Numbered from the stretch's first letter, positions 29,058 to 42,180 are shown. The stretch is DNA of 64,000 nucleotides from an uncultured Bordetella sp. (GCA_964564865.1 CAZMDA010000014.1:113-64112), one strand, 5' to 3'. Made by a program: numbers and translations. Notes: a model not told the origin generated them from the sequence alone.

Positions 29058-30406
29058 TGGGCCTCGCCGAAGCCGCGCAGGCCATCGGGGCGCAGGCCGT
29101 CGGCCTGGAGGCGCGCTTCCGCGGCGTGTCCACCGACACCCGCAGCGTGGGCGAGGGCGAGCTGTTCGTCGCCATCCGCGGCGAGAAATACGACGGCCAC
29201 GCCTTCCTCGAGGTCGCCCGGCAGCGCGGCGCCGCGGCGGCGATGGTCGACCAGAGCCACCGTGGGGCGGCTCCGCTGCCGCTGCTGGTGGTGGAGGACA
29301 CGCGCAAGGGGCTGGGGCGGCTGGGCGCGCACTGGCGCTCGCGCTTCACCCCGGTGCTGATCGCGGTGGCGGGGTCCAACGGCAAGACCACCACCAAGGA
29401 AATGCTGGCCTCCATCCTGCGCGCGCACGCCGGCGCGGACCGCGTGCTGGCGACGCAGGGGAACCTGAACACCGACATCGGCGTGCCGATGACCCTGCTG
29501 CGCATGACGCAGGCGCATACGCATTGCGCGATCGAGCTCGGGATGAACCATCCGGGGGAGATCGCGTACCTCGCCGGGCTTGCCAGGCCCACGATCGCGG
29601 TCGTCACCAACGCGCAGCGCGAGCACCAGGAGTTCATGAAGACGGTGGCGGCGGCGGCGGAGGAGAACGCCAGCGTCTTTGAATCTCTTCCATCGGACGG
29701 TGTCGCCGTTGTCAACGGTGACGACGAACAAGCGCACATTTTCCGCCGCGCAAAAGGCGCGCGGCGGACCGTGGAGTTCAAAATCGAAGGCGAGGCTGAT
29801 GTCACGGCGACGTACTCGCTCGGGCCTCTGTCCAGCGACATCGTGGTGCGTACGCCCGCTGGCGAGGCGAGGGCCACGATCGCGATTCCGGGTCTGCATA
29901 ACGTCAGGAATGCGCTTGCCGCGGCGGCTTGCGGTTTCGCCGCGGGAACGTCGCCGGCGGCGATCGGGGAAGGGCTTTCGGCGTTCCGCCCGTATACGGG
30001 GCGGCACCAGGTGAAGCACCTCAAGTCGGGCGCCACGCTCATCGACGACAGCTACAACGCCAATCCGGACTCGGTGCGCGCGGCGATCGACGTGCTGGCG
30101 CAGCTGCCGGGCCCGACGCTGCTGATCCTGGGCGACATGGGCGAAGTGGGCGAATCGGGGCCCGAGTACCACCGCGAGGTGGGCGCGTACGCGAAGGAGA
30201 AGGGCATCTCCCGCCTGCTCGCCGCGGGCGAGGCGACGCGGGAGACGGTCCGGGCCTTCGGGCAGGGCGCGACCCATGTCGAGGACGTGGAGCTGGTGGC
30301 GGCGCGGGCCGGCGGCGCGAAGTCGCTGCTGGTGAAGGGCTCGCGCTTCATGCGCATGGAGCGGGTGGTGGCCCAGCTGACGGGCGAAGCCGGAGGCGCG
30401 CACTAA
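29054..30406 (+). CDS. murF: UDP-MurNAc-pentapeptide ligase
   Basis: [32 protein letters not shown]. Confidence 0.95.
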   Translation: MMGLAEAAQAIGAQAVGLEARFRGVSTDTRSVGEGELFVAIRGEKYDGHAFLEVARQRGAAAAMVDQSHRGAAPLPLLVVEDTRKGLGRLGAHWRSRFTPVLIAVAGSNGKTTTKEMLASILRAHAGADRVLATQGNLNTDIGVPMTLLRMTQAHTHCAIELGMNHPGEIAYLAGLARPTIAVVTNAQREHQEFMKTVAAAAEENASVFESLPSDGVAVVNGDDEQAHIFRRAKGARRTVEFKIEGEADVTATYSLGPLSSDIVVRTPAGEARATIAIPGLHNVRNALAAAACGFAAGTSPAAIGEGLSAFRPYTGRHQVKHLKSGATLIDDSYNANPDSVRAAIDVLAQLPGPTLLILGDMGEVGESGPEYHREVGAYAKEKGISRLLAAGEATRETVRAFGQGATHVEDVELVAARAGGAKSLLVKGSRFMRMERVVAQLTGEAGGAH

Positions 30407-31497
30407 TGCTGCTGGAACTCGCAGAGTGGCTCGCGCGCGACATCCGCGCCTTCAACGTGTTCCAGTACATCACGCTGCGCGCGGTGTTCGCCTGCCTCAC
30501 GGCGCTGGCGATCTCGCTCATCCTGGGGCCCTTCGTCATCCGCAAGCTGACGGCCTACAAGATCGGGCAGTCGGTGCGCGACGACGGCCCGAAGTCGCAC
30601 CTCACCAAGGCGGGCACGCCGACCATGGGCGGGGCGCTGATCCTGATGTCGATCGCGATCACGACGCTCGCCTGGGGCGACCTGTCCAACCGCTTCATCT
30701 GGGTGGTGCTGCTGGTGACGGTGGCCTTCGGCGCCATCGGCTGGATCGACGACTACCGCAAGGTGGTGCACCGCAACCCCAAGGGCCTGTCGGCGAAGGC
30801 GAAGATCTTCTGGCAGTCGGTGTTCGGCATCGCCGCCGCGATCTACCTCGCCTCGCTCGCGCAGAGCACGCCGGCGCTGAACGAGCTGATCGTGCCGTTC
30901 TTCAAGTTCGTCGCCTACCCGCTGGGCACCGTGGGCTTCATCGTGCTCACCTACTTCGTCATCGTCGGCACCTCCAACGCGGTCAACCTGACCGACGGCC
31001 TGGACGGCCTGGCGATCATGCCCACGGTGATGGTGGGCGGGGCGCTCGGCATCTTCGCCTACGTCGCCGGCAACGCGGTGTTCTCCAAGTACCTGGGCAT
31101 GCCCTACATCGCCGGCGCCGGCGAGCTGGCGGTGTTCTGCGGCGCGCTGGTGGGCGCGGGCCTCGGTTTCCTCTGGTTCAACGCCTACCCGGCGGAGGTG
31201 TTCATGGGTGACGTCGGCGCGTTGGCGCTGGGCGCCGCGCTGGGGACGATCGCGGTGATCGTGCGCCAGGAAATCGTGCTGTTCATCATGGGCGGGGTGT
31301 TCGTCGCCGAGACGCTGTCGGTGATGATCCAGGTGATCTATTTCAAGCTGTCGGGGGGCAAGCGCATCTTCCGCATGGCGCCGCTGCACCACCACTACGA
31401 GCTGGAGGGCTGGAAGGAATCGCAGGTGGTGGTGCGCTTCTGGATCATCACCATGATGCTGGTGCTGTTCGGCCTGTCGACGCTGAAGCTGCGGTGA
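30406..31497 (+). CDS. mraY: Phospho-MurNAc-pentapeptide transferase
   Basis: [31 protein letters not shown]. Confidence 0.97.
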   Translation: MLLELAEWLARDIRAFNVFQYITLRAVFACLTALAISLILGPFVIRKLTAYKIGQSVRDDGPKSHLTKAGTPTMGGALILMSIAITTLAWGDLSNRFIWVVLLVTVAFGAIGWIDDYRKVVHRNPKGLSAKAKIFWQSVFGIAAAIYLASLAQSTPALNELIVPFFKFVAYPLGTVGFIVLTYFVIVGTSNAVNLTDGLDGLAIMPTVMVGGALGIFAYVAGNAVFSKYLGMPYIAGAGELAVFCGALVGAGLGFLWFNAYPAEVFMGDVGALALGAALGTIAVIVRQEIVLFIMGGVFVAETLSVMIQVIYFKLSGGKRIFRMAPLHHHYELEGWKESQVVVRFWIITMMLVLFGLSTLKLR

Positions 31498-32912
31498 CCA
31501 TGGACATGCGCCAGCCCCACTTCAGCATGCTGCCCGCGCCGCAGGCGACCGCCCTGGCCGGGAAGCGCGTGCTCGTGCTGGGCATGGGCGACAGCGGGCT
31601 GTCGGCGGCGAACTGGGTGAAGGCGCAGGGCGGCAAGGCCCGCGTCGCGGATTCGCGCAAGGCGCCGCCGCGCCTGAAGGACTTCGCCGGCTGCGAGACG
31701 GCCGCCGGCCGGCTCGACGCGTCGCTGCTCGACGGGGTGGACCTGGTGTGCAAGAGCCCCGGCCTCGCCCTGTCCGAGCCGGTCGTCGGCGAAGCGCTGG
31801 CGCGCGGCATCCCGGTGCTGGGCGACATCGAGCTGTTCGCGTGGCACGTGCGCGCGCAGGCCGGCAGCAAGGTCCTCGCCATCACCGGCACCAACGGCAA
31901 GACCACGGTCACCGCGCTCACCGGGCACCTGCTGAAGGCCGCGGGCATCGACTGCGAGGTCGCGGGCAACATCGGCCCGGCGGCGCTGGAGGCGCTGCTC
32001 CGGCGCGGCGCGAAGCCGCCCGCCGCCTGGGTGCTCGAGCTCTCCAGCTACCAGCTCGAGACCACGTGGTCGCTCGCGCCCGAGGCGGCCGCGATGCTGA
32101 ACCTGTCCGAGGACCACCTGGACCGCTACGCCGGGCTCGCCGACTACGCCGCGGCCAAGGCGCGCGTGTTCCAGGGCGCCGGGCTGCAGGTGGTGAACCG
32201 CTGCGATTCGGCCTCGATGGCGATGCTGCGCGAGGGCCGGCCGCAGGCGAGCTTCGGCATGGACGCGCCGGCGCTGCCGGAGGACTACGGCCTCGTCGCC
32301 GACGGCGGGCGCGAGTGGCTGGTGCGCGGCGCCGAGCGCATCCTGTGCGCCGACGAGCTGCCGCTGCACGGCCGCCACAACCTGTCCAATGCGCTCGCGG
32401 CCTGCGCGCTCGCGCACGCGGGCGGCGCGCCGCTCGCCGCGCTCGCCGCCGGGCTGAGATCGTTCCGCGGCCTGCCGCACCGCGTCGAGCGCATCGCGGA
32501 GGCGGGCGGCGTGGCCTGGGTGGACGATTCCAAGGGCACCAACGTCGGGGCGACCATCGCGGCTCTGAACGGGATCGGCCGCAGGACGGTGCTCATCGCC
32601 GGCGGCGACGGCAAGGGGCAGGACTTCCGGCCGCTCGCCGGACCGGTGCGGGCGCGGGCGCGGGCGGTGCTGCTCATCGGCCGCGACGCGCCGCTCATCG
32701 AGGACGCGCTGCGGGAGACCGGCGTTCCCGTCGAGCGCTGCCGCACGCTGCCGGCCGCGGTGAAGCGCGCCGCCGCGCTGGCGCAGCCGGGCGATACCGT
32801 GCTGCTGTCGCCGGCCTGCGCCAGCTTCGACATGTTCCGCGACTACGCGCACCGGGCCCAGGTGTTCGCCCAAGCGGTGCAGGACGCGGTGAGGGAGCGT
32901 GCCCGTGGCTGA
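31494..32912 (+). CDS. murD: UDP-MurNAc-L-Ala-D-Glu ligase
   Basis: [31 protein letters not shown]. Confidence 0.96.
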   Translation: MTMDMRQPHFSMLPAPQATALAGKRVLVLGMGDSGLSAANWVKAQGGKARVADSRKAPPRLKDFAGCETAAGRLDASLLDGVDLVCKSPGLALSEPVVGEALARGIPVLGDIELFAWHVRAQAGSKVLAITGTNGKTTVTALTGHLLKAAGIDCEVAGNIGPAALEALLRRGAKPPAAWVLELSSYQLETTWSLAPEAAAMLNLSEDHLDRYAGLADYAAAKARVFQGAGLQVVNRCDSASMAMLREGRPQASFGMDAPALPEDYGLVADGGREWLVRGAERILCADELPLHGRHNLSNALAACALAHAGGAPLAALAAGLRSFRGLPHRVERIAEAGGVAWVDDSKGTNVGATIAALNGIGRRTVLIAGGDGKGQDFRPLAGPVRARARAVLLIGRDAPLIEDALRETGVPVERCRTLPAAVKRAAALAQPGDTVLLSPACASFDMFRDYAHRAQVFAQAVQDAVRERARG

Positions 32913-34086
32913 GGCGCTCGCCGGCGTCGCCGACCTGCGCCCGGGACGCGGCGCCCCGGAGGCGGAGTACGACCGGTCCCTCGCCTGGGCGGCGCTGCTG
33001 CTGACGGCGACCGGCCTCGTGATGGTCTACTCGGCCTCGATCTCGACGGCCGAGGCGAGCCGCTTCACCGGCCAGAACGCGGCCTACTACCTGGTGCGCC
33101 ACGCCGTCTTCCTCGGCCTCGCGCTGGCGGCGGCGGTGGCCGTGTTCCTGGTCCCGGTGCGGTTCTGGCAGAAGGGCGCGCCCTGGCTGTTCGTCGGCGG
33201 CGTCGTGCTGCTGGTGCTGGTGCTCATCCCTGGCATCGGCCGCGAGGTGAACGGCGCGCGGCGCTGGCTCAACATCGGCATCGGCACGCTGCAGCCCTCG
33301 GAGCTGGTCAAGCTCGCGGTGGTGCTCTACGCGGCCGACTACACGGTGCGCAAGCACGCGGTGCTGAAGAACTTCCGCCGCGGCCTGCTGCCGATGCTCG
33401 CGGTGATGCTGGGCGTGGCCTGGCTGCTGCTGCGCGAGCCGGACTTCGGCGCCCTGGTGGTGATCACGGTGACCGCGTTCGGCATCCTGTTCCTGGGCGG
33501 CATGAGCCTGCGCCACTTCGGCGCGCTGGTGGGCATGCTGGCGGTGGGCTTCGTCGCCCTGGTGCTGTCCTCGCCCTACCGCATGCAGCGCATCTTCGGC
33601 TTCATGGACCCCTGGGCCGATCCCTGGGGCAAGGGCTACCAGCTGTCGCACGCCCTGATCGCCTTCGGCCGCGGCGAGTGGTTCGGCGTCGGCCTGGGCG
33701 CGAGCGTGGAGAAGCTGCACTACCTGCCCGAGGCGCACACCGACTTCCTGCTCGCGGTGATCGCCGAGGAGCTGGGCCTCGTCGGCGTCGCCGCGGTGGT
33801 GCTGCTGTTCACCTGGGTGGTGCTGCGCGCCTTCGCCATCGGCCGCCAGGCGGCGCTGCGCGAGCGCCACTTCGCCGCGCTCGCGGCGCAGGGCCTCGGC
33901 ATCTGGATCGGCTTCCAGGCGCTCATCAACATGGGCGTGAACATGGGCCTGCTGCCCACCAAGGGCCTGACGCTGCCGCTGATGAGCTTCGGCGGCACCG
34001 GCCTGGTGATCAACTGCGTGGCGATCGCGATCCTGATCCGGATCGACTGGGAGAACCGGCAACTCATGAGGGGGTTGCCCGCGTGA
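32899..34086 (+). CDS. ftsW: SEDS glycosyltransferase FtsW
   Basis: [26 protein letters not shown]. Confidence 0.96.
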   Translation: MPVAEALAGVADLRPGRGAPEAEYDRSLAWAALLLTATGLVMVYSASISTAEASRFTGQNAAYYLVRHAVFLGLALAAAVAVFLVPVRFWQKGAPWLFVGGVVLLVLVLIPGIGREVNGARRWLNIGIGTLQPSELVKLAVVLYAADYTVRKHAVLKNFRRGLLPMLAVMLGVAWLLLREPDFGALVVITVTAFGILFLGGMSLRHFGALVGMLAVGFVALVLSSPYRMQRIFGFMDPWADPWGKGYQLSHALIAFGRGEWFGVGLGASVEKLHYLPEAHTDFLLAVIAEELGLVGVAAVVLLFTWVVLRAFAIGRQAALRERHFAALAAQGLGIWIGFQALINMGVNMGLLPTKGLTLPLMSFGGTGLVINCVAIAILIRIDWENRQLMRGLPA

Positions 34087-35141
34087 GCAAGACCATCCTC
34101 ATCATGGCGGGCGGCACCGGCGGGCATGTGTTCCCCGGGCTTGCGGTCGCCGACGAGATGCGCGGCCGCGGCTGGAACGTGGTCTGGATGGGCGCGCGGA
34201 CCGGCATGGAGGCGCGCCTCGTGCCCGCGCGCGGCTATGCGATGGCGTGGATCCACGCCGCGGCGCTGCGCGGCAAGGGCCTCGCGGCCAAGCTGCTGCT
34301 GCCGTTCAACCTCCTCGTCGGCTTCTGGCAGAGCGCGCGCGCCATCTTCCGGATCCGCCCGGACGTGGTGCTGGGCATGGGCGGCTACGTCGCCTTCCCC
34401 GGCGGTATGATGGCCTCGCTGCTGGCGCGGCCGCTGGCGGTGCACGAGCAGAACGCCGTGGCCGGCCTCACCAACAAGGTGCTCGCCGGCCTGGCCGACA
34501 GGGTGCTGGTGGCGTTCCCCGGCGCGCTGGCGAAATCGGAATGGACCGGGAATCCGGTGCGCGCGGAGATCGCGGCGCTGGCCGATCCCGCGACGCGCTA
34601 CGCGTCGCGCAGCGGGCCGCTGAACGTGCTGGTCGTCGGCGGCAGCCTGGGCGCGCAGGCGCTGAACGACGCTCTGCCGCGCGCGCTCGCCGCGATGGAG
34701 CCCTCGCGCCGCCCGGTGGTGGTGCACCAGGCGGGCGAGAAGCACCTCGAGGCGCTGCGCGCGAACTACGCCGCCGCGGGCGTGCAGGGCGAGCTGCTCG
34801 CCTTCATCGACGACATGGCGGCGCGCTACGCGCGGGCCGACCTCGTCGTCTGCCGCGCCGGCGCGATGACCGTGTCCGAGATCGCCGCGGGCGGATTGGC
34901 CAGCGTGCTGGTGCCGTTCCCGCACGCGGTGGACGATCACCAGACCGCGAACGCGCGCTACCTCGCCGACCAGGGCGCGGCGGTGCTGCTGCCGCAGGCG
35001 GAGCTGACGGCGGCGAAGCTGGCCGGCCTGCTGTCCATGGACCGCGCCGCGCTGGCGGCGATGGCGGCCAGGGCGCGCGCGCTGGGCAAGGCGCAGGCCA
35101 CCCGGACGGTCGCCGACATCTGCGAGGGCCTCGCGCAATGA
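34083..35141 (+). CDS. murG: Lipid II GlcNAc transferase
   Basis: GGTGGH, HEQN, GNPVR, GGSLGA, DHQTANA. Confidence 0.96.
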   Translation: MSKTILIMAGGTGGHVFPGLAVADEMRGRGWNVVWMGARTGMEARLVPARGYAMAWIHAAALRGKGLAAKLLLPFNLLVGFWQSARAIFRIRPDVVLGMGGYVAFPGGMMASLLARPLAVHEQNAVAGLTNKVLAGLADRVLVAFPGALAKSEWTGNPVRAEIAALADPATRYASRSGPLNVLVVGGSLGAQALNDALPRALAAMEPSRRPVVVHQAGEKHLEALRANYAAAGVQGELLAFIDDMAARYARADLVVCRAGAMTVSEIAAGGLASVLVPFPHAVDDHQTANARYLADQGAAVLLPQAELTAAKLAGLLSMDRAALAAMAARARALGKAQATRTVADICEGLAQ

Positions 35142-36538
35142 AGCACAAGGTCCGCCGCATCCACTTCGTCGGCATCGGCGGCTCGGGCATGAGCGGCATC
35201 GCGGAAGTGCTGGCGAACCTGGGCTACGAGGTGAGCGGCTCGGACCTGGCCGGGAGCGCCGTGACGCAGCGCCTGGCCGGCCTGGGCGTGGCGGTGCGCC
35301 TCGCGCACGAGGCCGCGCACGTGAAGGGCGCCGACGTGGTGGTGGTCTCCAGCGCGGTGCGGCCCGACAACCCGGAGGTGATCGCCGCGCGCGCCGCGCG
35401 CATCCCGGTGGTGCCGCGCGCGCTGATGCTGGCCGAGCTGATGCGCCTGAAGCAGGGCGTGGCGATCGCCGGCACCCACGGCAAGACCACCACCACCAGC
35501 CTGGTGGCCAGCGTGCTCGCCGAAGGCGGCCTGGACCCGACCTTCGTCATCGGCGGCCGGCTGAACGCCGCCGGCACGAACGCGCGCCTGGGCGCGGGCG
35601 AGTTCATCGTCGTCGAGGCCGACGAGTCCGACGCCTCCTTCCTGCACCTGCAGCCGGTGATCGCGGTGGTGACCAACATCGACGCCGACCACATGGACAC
35701 CTACCAGCACGACTTCCCGCGCCTGCAGCAGGCGTTCATCCAGTTCCTGCACAACATGCCGTTCTACGGCAGCGCGGTGCTGTGCCTGGAGGACGCCCAC
35801 GTGCGCGAGATCCTGCCCTTCGTCTCGCGCCCGGTGGTGACCTACGGCCTGGGCGCCGACGCCATGGTGCGCGCGGTGGAGGTCTCGCTCGGCGCGCAGT
35901 CGCGCTTCACGGTGCTGCGCAAGGACCGCGCGCCGCTCGAGCTGACGCTCAACCTGCCCGGGCGGCACAACGTGCTCAACGCGCTCGCCGCGGTGGCGGT
36001 GGCCACCGACCTGCGGGTGGCGGACGAGGCGGTCCGCCGCGCCTTCGCCGGCTTCACCGGCGTCGGGCGCCGCTTCCAGCGCTGCGGGGACGTCGCCGCG
36101 GCGGGCGGCGGCAGCTTCGCGCTGGTGGACGACTACGGCCACCATCCGGCCGAGATCGAGGCCACGCTGGCGGCCGCGCGCGCGGCCTACGCCGGCCGGC
36201 GCCTGGTGCTCGCGTTCCAGCCGCACCGCTTCACGCGCACCCGCGACCTGTTCAAGGATTTCGTCCGCGTCCTGGCCGGGGCCGACGCGCTGCTGCTGGC
36301 CGAGGTCTACCCGGCGGGCGAGGTGCCGATCACCGGCGCCGACGGCCGCACGCTGGCGGCCGCGATCCGGCCCGCGGGCGGCGGCGCGGCGCAGTTCGTC
36401 GAGCGCATCGCCGACATGCCCGCGGCGATCCGCCGGGCGGCGCGGGATGGCGATGTCGTGATCACCATGGGCGCGGGTTCCATCGGCGGGGTGCCGGCGC
36501 AGCTCGCCGCGGGACCGGCCGGGGAGGCGGCGGCATGA
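35138..36538 (+). CDS. murC: UDP-MurNAc-L-alanine ligase
   Basis: [34 protein letters not shown]. Confidence 0.97.
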   Translation: MKHKVRRIHFVGIGGSGMSGIAEVLANLGYEVSGSDLAGSAVTQRLAGLGVAVRLAHEAAHVKGADVVVVSSAVRPDNPEVIAARAARIPVVPRALMLAELMRLKQGVAIAGTHGKTTTTSLVASVLAEGGLDPTFVIGGRLNAAGTNARLGAGEFIVVEADESDASFLHLQPVIAVVTNIDADHMDTYQHDFPRLQQAFIQFLHNMPFYGSAVLCLEDAHVREILPFVSRPVVTYGLGADAMVRAVEVSLGAQSRFTVLRKDRAPLELTLNLPGRHNVLNALAAVAVATDLRVADEAVRRAFAGFTGVGRRFQRCGDVAAAGGGSFALVDDYGHHPAEIEATLAAARAAYAGRRLVLAFQPHRFTRTRDLFKDFVRVLAGADALLLAEVYPAGEVPITGADGRTLAAAIRPAGGGAAQFVERIADMPAAIRRAARDGDVVITMGAGSIGGVPAQLAAGPAGEAAA

Positions 36539-37458
36539 GCGCGGCAGGCCCCGACCGTCCGGCCGGCGAGCGCGGCGAGCTGCGCCTGCACGAGCCGATG
36601 GCGAAGCACTGCAGCTGGCGCGCCGGGGGCAGAGCGGACCGCTTCTACATCCCGGCCGACCTGGACGACCTGGCGAAGTTCCTCGAGCGGCTGCCGCCGG
36701 AGGAGCCGCTGCTCTTCGTCGGCCTGGGCTCCAACCTGCTGGTGCGCGAGGGCGGCTGGCGCGGCACCGTGGTGCTGACACACGCCGCCGGCAAGCACCC
36801 GCGCATGACCTACGGCCGCATCTACGCCGAGGCGGGCGTCGCCTGCCCGAAGGTGGCGCGCTTCGCCGCGCTGAACAACCTGTCGGGCGCCGAGTTCCTC
36901 TCGGGCATCCCCGGCACCATCGGCGGCGCGCTGGCGATGAACGCCGGCTGCTACGGCGGCGACACCTGGGAGATCGTGGACGAGGCGCAGCTGATCGACC
37001 GCTACGGCACGCTGCGCTGGGTGCACAAGAGCGAGTTCGCCTGGGGCTACCGCCACTGCGCGCTCAAGTCCGGCGGCAAGCTGGGGGTGGACCACTGGTT
37101 CGCCGCGGCGCGCTTCAAGCTGCCGCCGGGCGACGCCGAGGATTCGCGCGAGGCGATCCGCAACCTGCTCGAGCGGCGCGTCGAATCGCAGCCGCTCAAC
37201 CTGCCCAACGCGGGCAGCGTGTTCCGCAACCCCGAGGGCCACAAGGCGGCCAAGCTGATCGAGGCGAGCGGCCTGAAGGGCCTCGCGCGCAACGGCGCGC
37301 GGGTGTCGGAGAAGCACGCCAACTTCATCGTCAACCCGAAGGGCGCGGCGAGCGCGGCGGACATCGAATGGCTGATCCGCCGGGTGCAGGAGGTGGTGAA
37401 GGACCAGCACGGCGTGGAGCTGGAGCCCGAGGTGCGCATCGTGGGAGAGCCGGCATGA
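36535..37458 (+). CDS. murB: UDP-N-acetylenolpyruvoylglucosamine reductase
   Basis: [33 protein letters not shown]. Confidence 0.95.
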   Translation: MSAAGPDRPAGERGELRLHEPMAKHCSWRAGGRADRFYIPADLDDLAKFLERLPPEEPLLFVGLGSNLLVREGGWRGTVVLTHAAGKHPRMTYGRIYAEAGVACPKVARFAALNNLSGAEFLSGIPGTIGGALAMNAGCYGGDTWEIVDEAQLIDRYGTLRWVHKSEFAWGYRHCALKSGGKLGVDHWFAAARFKLPPGDAEDSREAIRNLLERRVESQPLNLPNAGSVFRNPEGHKAAKLIEASGLKGLARNGARVSEKHANFIVNPKGAASAADIEWLIRRVQEVVKDQHGVELEPEVRIVGEPA

Positions 37459-38378
37459 GCAACCCCGGCAAGGTGGCCGTGCTGATGGGCGGCACGTCAG
37501 CGGAGCGGGAGATCTCGCTCATGAGCGGCAAGGGCGTGCTGGCGGCGCTGCGCGCGAAGGGCGTGGACGCGCATGCCTTCGATCCGGCCGAGCGCGAGCT
37601 GTTCGAGCTCAAGCGCGAGGGCTTCGCGCGCTGCTTCATCGCGCTGCACGGCCGCGGCGGCGAGGACGGCACCGTGCAGGGCGCGCTCGAGGTGCTGGGC
37701 ATCCCCTACACCGGCAGCGGGGTGATGGGCTCGGCCATCGGCATGGACAAGTGGCGCACCAAGATGGTCTGGCTCGCCAACGGCCTGCCGACGCCGCGCT
37801 ACCGCATCCTGACCGGCAAGGACGACTGGCAGGCGGTCGCGCGCGAACTCGGCCTGCCGCTGATCGTGAAGCCGGCCAACGAAGGCTCGACCCTCGGCCT
37901 GTCGAAGGTGAAGTCGGCCGGCGAGCTGCCCGCGGCCTACGAGCTGGCGGCGAAGAAGTTCCACGACCTCGCGTTGGCGGAACAGTTCATCGACGGGCCG
38001 GAGTACACAGCGAGCATCCTCGGCGAGACGGCGCTGCCGCTCGTCCGCATCGAGGCGCCGCAGGGCAACTATGACTACCGGAACAAGTACTTCACCGACG
38101 ACACGAAGTACCTCTGCCCCTGCGGCCTGCCCCCGGCGAAGGAAGCCGGGCTGCAGGCGCTCGCGCTCGAGGCGTTCCGGCTGGTGGGTTGCCGCGGCTG
38201 GGGCCGCATCGACCTGATGCTCGACGCCGCGGGCGAGCCCTGGCTGCTGGAGGTGAACACCTCGCCGGGCATGACCGGGCACAGCCTGGTGCCGATGGCG
38301 GCGCGCGCGGCCGGCATGTCCTACGAGGACCTCTGCGTCCGGATCCTGGAGTCCGCCAGGGTGGGCCATGTGGGATAA
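37455..38378 (+). CDS. ddl: D-Ala-D-Ala ligase
   Basis: [29 protein letters not shown]. Confidence 0.97.
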   Translation: MSNPGKVAVLMGGTSAEREISLMSGKGVLAALRAKGVDAHAFDPAERELFELKREGFARCFIALHGRGGEDGTVQGALEVLGIPYTGSGVMGSAIGMDKWRTKMVWLANGLPTPRYRILTGKDDWQAVARELGLPLIVKPANEGSTLGLSKVKSAGELPAAYELAAKKFHDLALAEQFIDGPEYTASILGETALPLVRIEAPQGNYDYRNKYFTDDTKYLCPCGLPPAKEAGLQALALEAFRLVGCRGWGRIDLMLDAAGEPWLLEVNTSPGMTGHSLVPMAARAAGMSYEDLCVRILESARVGHVG

Positions 38379-39114
38379 CCCGCGGCTCCTGAATGCCGCC
38401 GCCAGCGCGCTCATCGCGCTGGTGGCGACCGCGTTCGTCTATGCCGGGCTGCAGGCGCTGGCGCGCTCGGCGCTGTTCCCGCTGCGCGACCTGGTGGTGG
38501 CCGGCAGCCTGCGGCACACCTCGAAGGCGCAGATCGAACGCGTCACCGCGGGCTTCGGCGGCAACTTCTTCGCCGCCGACCTCACGGCGCTGCGCGCCCG
38601 GCTGGAAACCCTGCCCTGGGTGCGCCGCGTCGAGGTGCGTCGCGTCTGGCCGGACCGCGTGGAGGTGGCGCTGGAGGAGCACGTGGCGCTGGCGCGCTGG
38701 GGCCAGGTCGGGCCCGATTTCCAGTCGGTGGGCCTGGTGAACACCTTCGGCGAGCCGTTCGCGGGGGACCTGGACGACGCGCTCGCGGCGCAGCTGCCCC
38801 TGTTCGCCGGCCCGGCGCACACCGAGCGCGAGGTGGCGCGCCGCTACCAGCGCTTCGCCGCGCTCCTGCGCGAGCTGGGCGAGGCGCCCGAGCGCGTGAT
38901 CCTGACGCCGCGCCACGCCTGGCAGCTGCGCACCGCCGGCGGCCTGCACCTGGAGCTGGGGCGCGACGGCGCCGAGCCGGTCGAGGCGCGCCTGGCGCGC
39001 TTCGTCGCCGCCCATCCGGCGACGCTCGGGCGGCTGCCGCCCGCGGCCGCGCGCCACGTCGACCTGAGGTACCCCAACGGCTTCGTGCTGCGGGTGCCGG
39101 AGTGGAAAGGCTGA
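38368..39114 (+). CDS. ftsQ: Cell division protein FtsQ
   Basis: [20 protein letters not shown]; VDLRYPNG. Confidence 0.93.
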   Translation: MWDNPRLLNAAASALIALVATAFVYAGLQALARSALFPLRDLVVAGSLRHTSKAQIERVTAGFGGNFFAADLTALRARLETLPWVRRVEVRRVWPDRVEVALEEHVALARWGQVGPDFQSVGLVNTFGEPFAGDLDDALAAQLPLFAGPAHTEREVARRYQRFAALLRELGEAPERVILTPRHAWQLRTAGGLHLELGRDGAEPVEARLARFVAAHPATLGRLPPAAARHVDLRYPNGFVLRVPEWKG

Positions 39115-39116
39115 GC

Positions 39117-40346
39117 ATGGCGAAGGAGAACCGCAACCTCGTGGTCGGGCTGGACATCGGCACCTCCAAGGTGGCCGCGCTGGTGGCCGAGCTCGCGCCC
39201 GACGGCACGCTGCAGGTGCTCGGCATGGGCAGCCACGAGTCCAAGGGCCTGAAGAAGGGCGTGGTGGTCAACATCGAGGCCACCGTGGGCGCGATCCAGC
39301 GCGCGCTGGAGGAGGCCGAGCTGATGGCCGACTGCAAGATCGCCTCGGCCTGGACCGGCATCGCCGGCAGCCACATCCGCAGCTTCAACTCCACCGGCAT
39401 GGTGGCGGTGAAGGACCGCGAGGTGAGCGCGATCGACGTCGAGCGCGCCGTGGACACCGCGCGCGCGGTCAACATCCCGACCGACCAGCAGATCCTGCAC
39501 GTGCTGCGCCAGGAATTCATCATCGACGGCCAGGAGGACGTGCGGGAGCCGGTGGGCATGTCCGGCGTGCGGCTGGAAGTGAAGGTGCACATCGTCACCG
39601 GCGCGGTGTCGGCGGCGCAGAACATCGTCAAGTGCGTGCGCCGCTGCGGCCTGGAGGTGGACGACCTGGTGCTGCAGCCGCTCGCCTCGGCGCGCGCGGT
39701 GCTGTCGGCCGACGAGAAGGACCTCGGCGTGTGCCTGGTGGACATCGGCGGCGGCACCACCGACCTCGCCATCTTCACCGGCGGCGCCATCCGCCACACC
39801 GCGGTGATCCCGATCGCCGGCGACCAGATCACCAACGACATCGCCATGGCGCTGCGCACGCCCACCGCCGACGCCGAGGCGATCAAGGTGCGCCACGGCG
39901 TGGCGCTGCGCCAGCTCGCCGACCCCAACGAGAGCATCGAGGTGCCGGGCATCGGCGAGCGCGCGCCGCGCGTGATGTCGCGCCAGACGCTGGCCGAGGT
40001 GATCGAGCCGCGCGTCGAGGAGCTGTACTCGCTGGTGCAGCAGGTGCTGCGCGAGTCCGGCCACGAGGAGCTGCTGTCCTCCGGGATCGTGCTCACCGGG
40101 GGCAGCGCCACCATGCGCGGCATGGTCGAGCTGGGCGAGGAGATCTTCCACATGCCGGTGCGCGTTGGCGCGCCGCGCTACGCGGGCAGCCTGGCGGAGG
40201 TGGTGCGCAACCCGCGCTACGCCACCGCGATGGGCCTGCTGATGGAGGGCGCCGCGCAGCGCCAGCAGGGCCGCATCGCGCGCCAGGACGGCTCGGTGCG
40301 CGCGGTGCTCGGGCGCATGCGCGAATGGTTCCAGAGGAATTTCTGA
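39117..40346 (+). CDS. ftsA: Cell division protein FtsA
   Basis: GLDIGTSK, VDIGGGTTD, LTGG. Confidence 0.97.
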   Translation: MAKENRNLVVGLDIGTSKVAALVAELAPDGTLQVLGMGSHESKGLKKGVVVNIEATVGAIQRALEEAELMADCKIASAWTGIAGSHIRSFNSTGMVAVKDREVSAIDVERAVDTARAVNIPTDQQILHVLRQEFIIDGQEDVREPVGMSGVRLEVKVHIVTGAVSAAQNIVKCVRRCGLEVDDLVLQPLASARAVLSADEKDLGVCLVDIGGGTTDLAIFTGGAIRHTAVIPIAGDQITNDIAMALRTPTADAEAIKVRHGVALRQLADPNESIEVPGIGERAPRVMSRQTLAEVIEPRVEELYSLVQQVLRESGHEELLSSGIVLTGGSATMRGMVELGEEIFHMPVRVGAPRYAGSLAEVVRNPRYATAMGLLMEGAAQRQQGRIARQDGSVRAVLGRMREWFQRNF

Positions 40347-40398
40347 TGTCGGCTTTCACTTTCACACGTCGTAACAACGAGGCAAGGAGGTCATGACA

Positions 40399-41592
40399 AT
40401 GTTCGAGATCCAGAACGACCAGGCAGCGGGACCGGTGATCAAGGTGGTCGGCGTCGGCGGCGCGGGCGGCAACGCCGTCGACCACATGATCGAGAAGGGC
40501 ATCGGCAAGGTGGAGTTCATCGCCGTCAACACCGACGCCCAGGTGCTGGCGCGCAACCGGGCGCGCAACCAGATCCAGCTCGGCACCAGCGGGCTGGGCG
40601 CGGGGGCCAAGCCCGAGGAGGCGCGCACGGTGGCGCACGCCGAGCGCGAGCGCCTGGAGGAGGCGATCAGCGGCTCGCACATGGTGTTCATCACCGCCGG
40701 CATGGGCGGGGGCACCGGCACCGGGGCGGGCCCCGTGATCGCGGAGATCGCGCGCTCGATGGGCATCCTCACGGTGGCGGTGGTCACCAAGCCCTTCGCC
40801 TGGGAAGGCTCCAAGCGCATGAAGATCGCCGAGGCGGGCATCGAGGAGATCGCGCCGCACGTGGACTCGCTGATCGTGATCCTCAACGACAAGCTGGAGG
40901 AGGTGCTGGGCGACGACGTCACCCAGGCCGAGGCCTTCGAGGCCGCCGACGACGTGCTGTGCAACGCCGTGGGCGGGATCGTGGACATCATCCACCGCGA
41001 CGGCGTGGTCAACGTCGACTTCCAGGACGTGCGCACCGTGATGTCCGAGCAGGGCATGGCGATGATGGGCTCGGCCGCCGCCAGCGGCATCGACCGGGCG
41101 CGCATCGCCGCCGAGCAGGCCATCGCCTGCCCGCTGCTGGAGGGCGTCAACCTCTCGGGCGCGCGCGGCGTGCTGGTGAACATCACCGCCTCGCGCGGCA
41201 GCCTGAAGCTGCGCGAGACCAAGGACGTGATGAACGCCATCCGCGCCTTCGCCGCCGAGGACGCCACCATCATCCACGGCGGGGTGTTCGACGACGGCCT
41301 GGGCGACGAGCTGCGGGTGACGGTGATCGCCACCGGCCTGGGCAAGCCGATGGGCGTGCGCGCCGGCAAGCCGCAGCTGGTGGTTTCCCAGCACATGGCC
41401 CAGAAGACCGGGACCGACAACCAGCCGCTGCCGGTGATCGCGCTGCCGGGCCAGTCGCCCGACTACGGCGCCATCGCCGACACCCCGGCGGTGTTCCGGA
41501 AGCGCGATCGCGCCGCGCAGGTCGAGGCGCTGCAGGCGAGCGGGGTCGACAAGTACGACATCCCGGCGTTCCTGAGGAAGCAGGCCGACTAG
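40399..41592 (+). CDS. ftsZ: Cell division protein FtsZ
   Basis: GGAGGNAV, GGGTGTG, DIPAFLRKQAD; SD AAGGAGG. Confidence 0.98.
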   Translation: MFEIQNDQAAGPVIKVVGVGGAGGNAVDHMIEKGIGKVEFIAVNTDAQVLARNRARNQIQLGTSGLGAGAKPEEARTVAHAERERLEEAISGSHMVFITAGMGGGTGTGAGPVIAEIARSMGILTVAVVTKPFAWEGSKRMKIAEAGIEEIAPHVDSLIVILNDKLEEVLGDDVTQAEAFEAADDVLCNAVGGIVDIIHRDGVVNVDFQDVRTVMSEQGMAMMGSAAASGIDRARIAAEQAIACPLLEGVNLSGARGVLVNITASRGSLKLRETKDVMNAIRAFAAEDATIIHGGVFDDGLGDELRVTVIATGLGKPMGVRAGKPQLVVSQHMAQKTGTDNQPLPVIALPGQSPDYGAIADTPAVFRKRDRAAQVEALQASGVDKYDIPAFLRKQAD

Positions 41593-41605
41593 CCGGCGCG
41601 GCTCC

Positions 41606-41651
41606 CCGCCGTCCCGCCCCCCTACCTTGCCGGAGGGGGCGCGGCGGCGGG
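41606..41651. terminator. GC-rich hairpin between convergent ftsZ and the DUF3592-like gene
   Basis: ccgccg...cccct / agggg...cggcgg stem; no U tract. Confidence 0.35.
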
Positions 41652-41659
41652 CCGCCTGT

Positions 41660-42097
41660 TCAGCGCCGCGATTCGATGAACGTGATCACCATCCACGTGA
41701 AGACGACGTACACCAGCGCCGCGATCCCGATCAGCGCCAGGTCAAAGGCGTCCCCGCGCCGGCGCAGCGCGCGTGCCGGGTCCCGCGGATCGACCAGCAC
41801 CGTCACCACCTGTCCGGCCTTCGCGTCGGCGTGGCGGCGCTCATAGGTGTGGACGCGGCGCTGCCCGTCGACGTGGTAAGCGACGTAGACGGTGTCGTAG
41901 GCCTTGGAGCCGCCCGTCTGGCTGGAGCGCTCGACGCGGATGACGCGCGCATCGATGCTCGTCCAGCTTCCCGCCTGGTACCAGGCCCAGGCCTGGTGTC
42001 CCGCCATGGCGAGGACCATGATCAAGCCGCCGACCAGCAGCCCGATGACCCGGGGATCCCCCAACTGCAGGCGTCTCGACGGAGCGACGGAACTCAC
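41660..42097 (-). CDS. DUF3592-like membrane protein (TM-beta domain-TM)
   Basis: N-terminal [24 protein letters not shown]-terminal TM; start uncertain. Confidence 0.7.
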   Translation of the reverse strand: MSSVAPSRRLQLGDPRVIGLLVGGLIMVLAMAGHQAWAWYQAGSWTSIDARVIRVERSSQTGGSKAYDTVYVAYHVDGQRRVHTYERRHADAKAGQVVTVLVDPRDPARALRRRGDAFDLALIGIAALVYVVFTWMVITFIESRR

Positions 42098-42180
42098 GGC
42101 ACGAAAGCTTACCTCGCGGCCGCCGGCGCCGAGGAGCGCCGCCTTGCCAGGGAGGGGCGCTTGGTAGAATCCGGGCCGGA

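Noticed and set aside
36535-37458. murB inside the dcw cluster as a novelty
   Set aside because: The murC-murB-ddl order is already known in many bacteria
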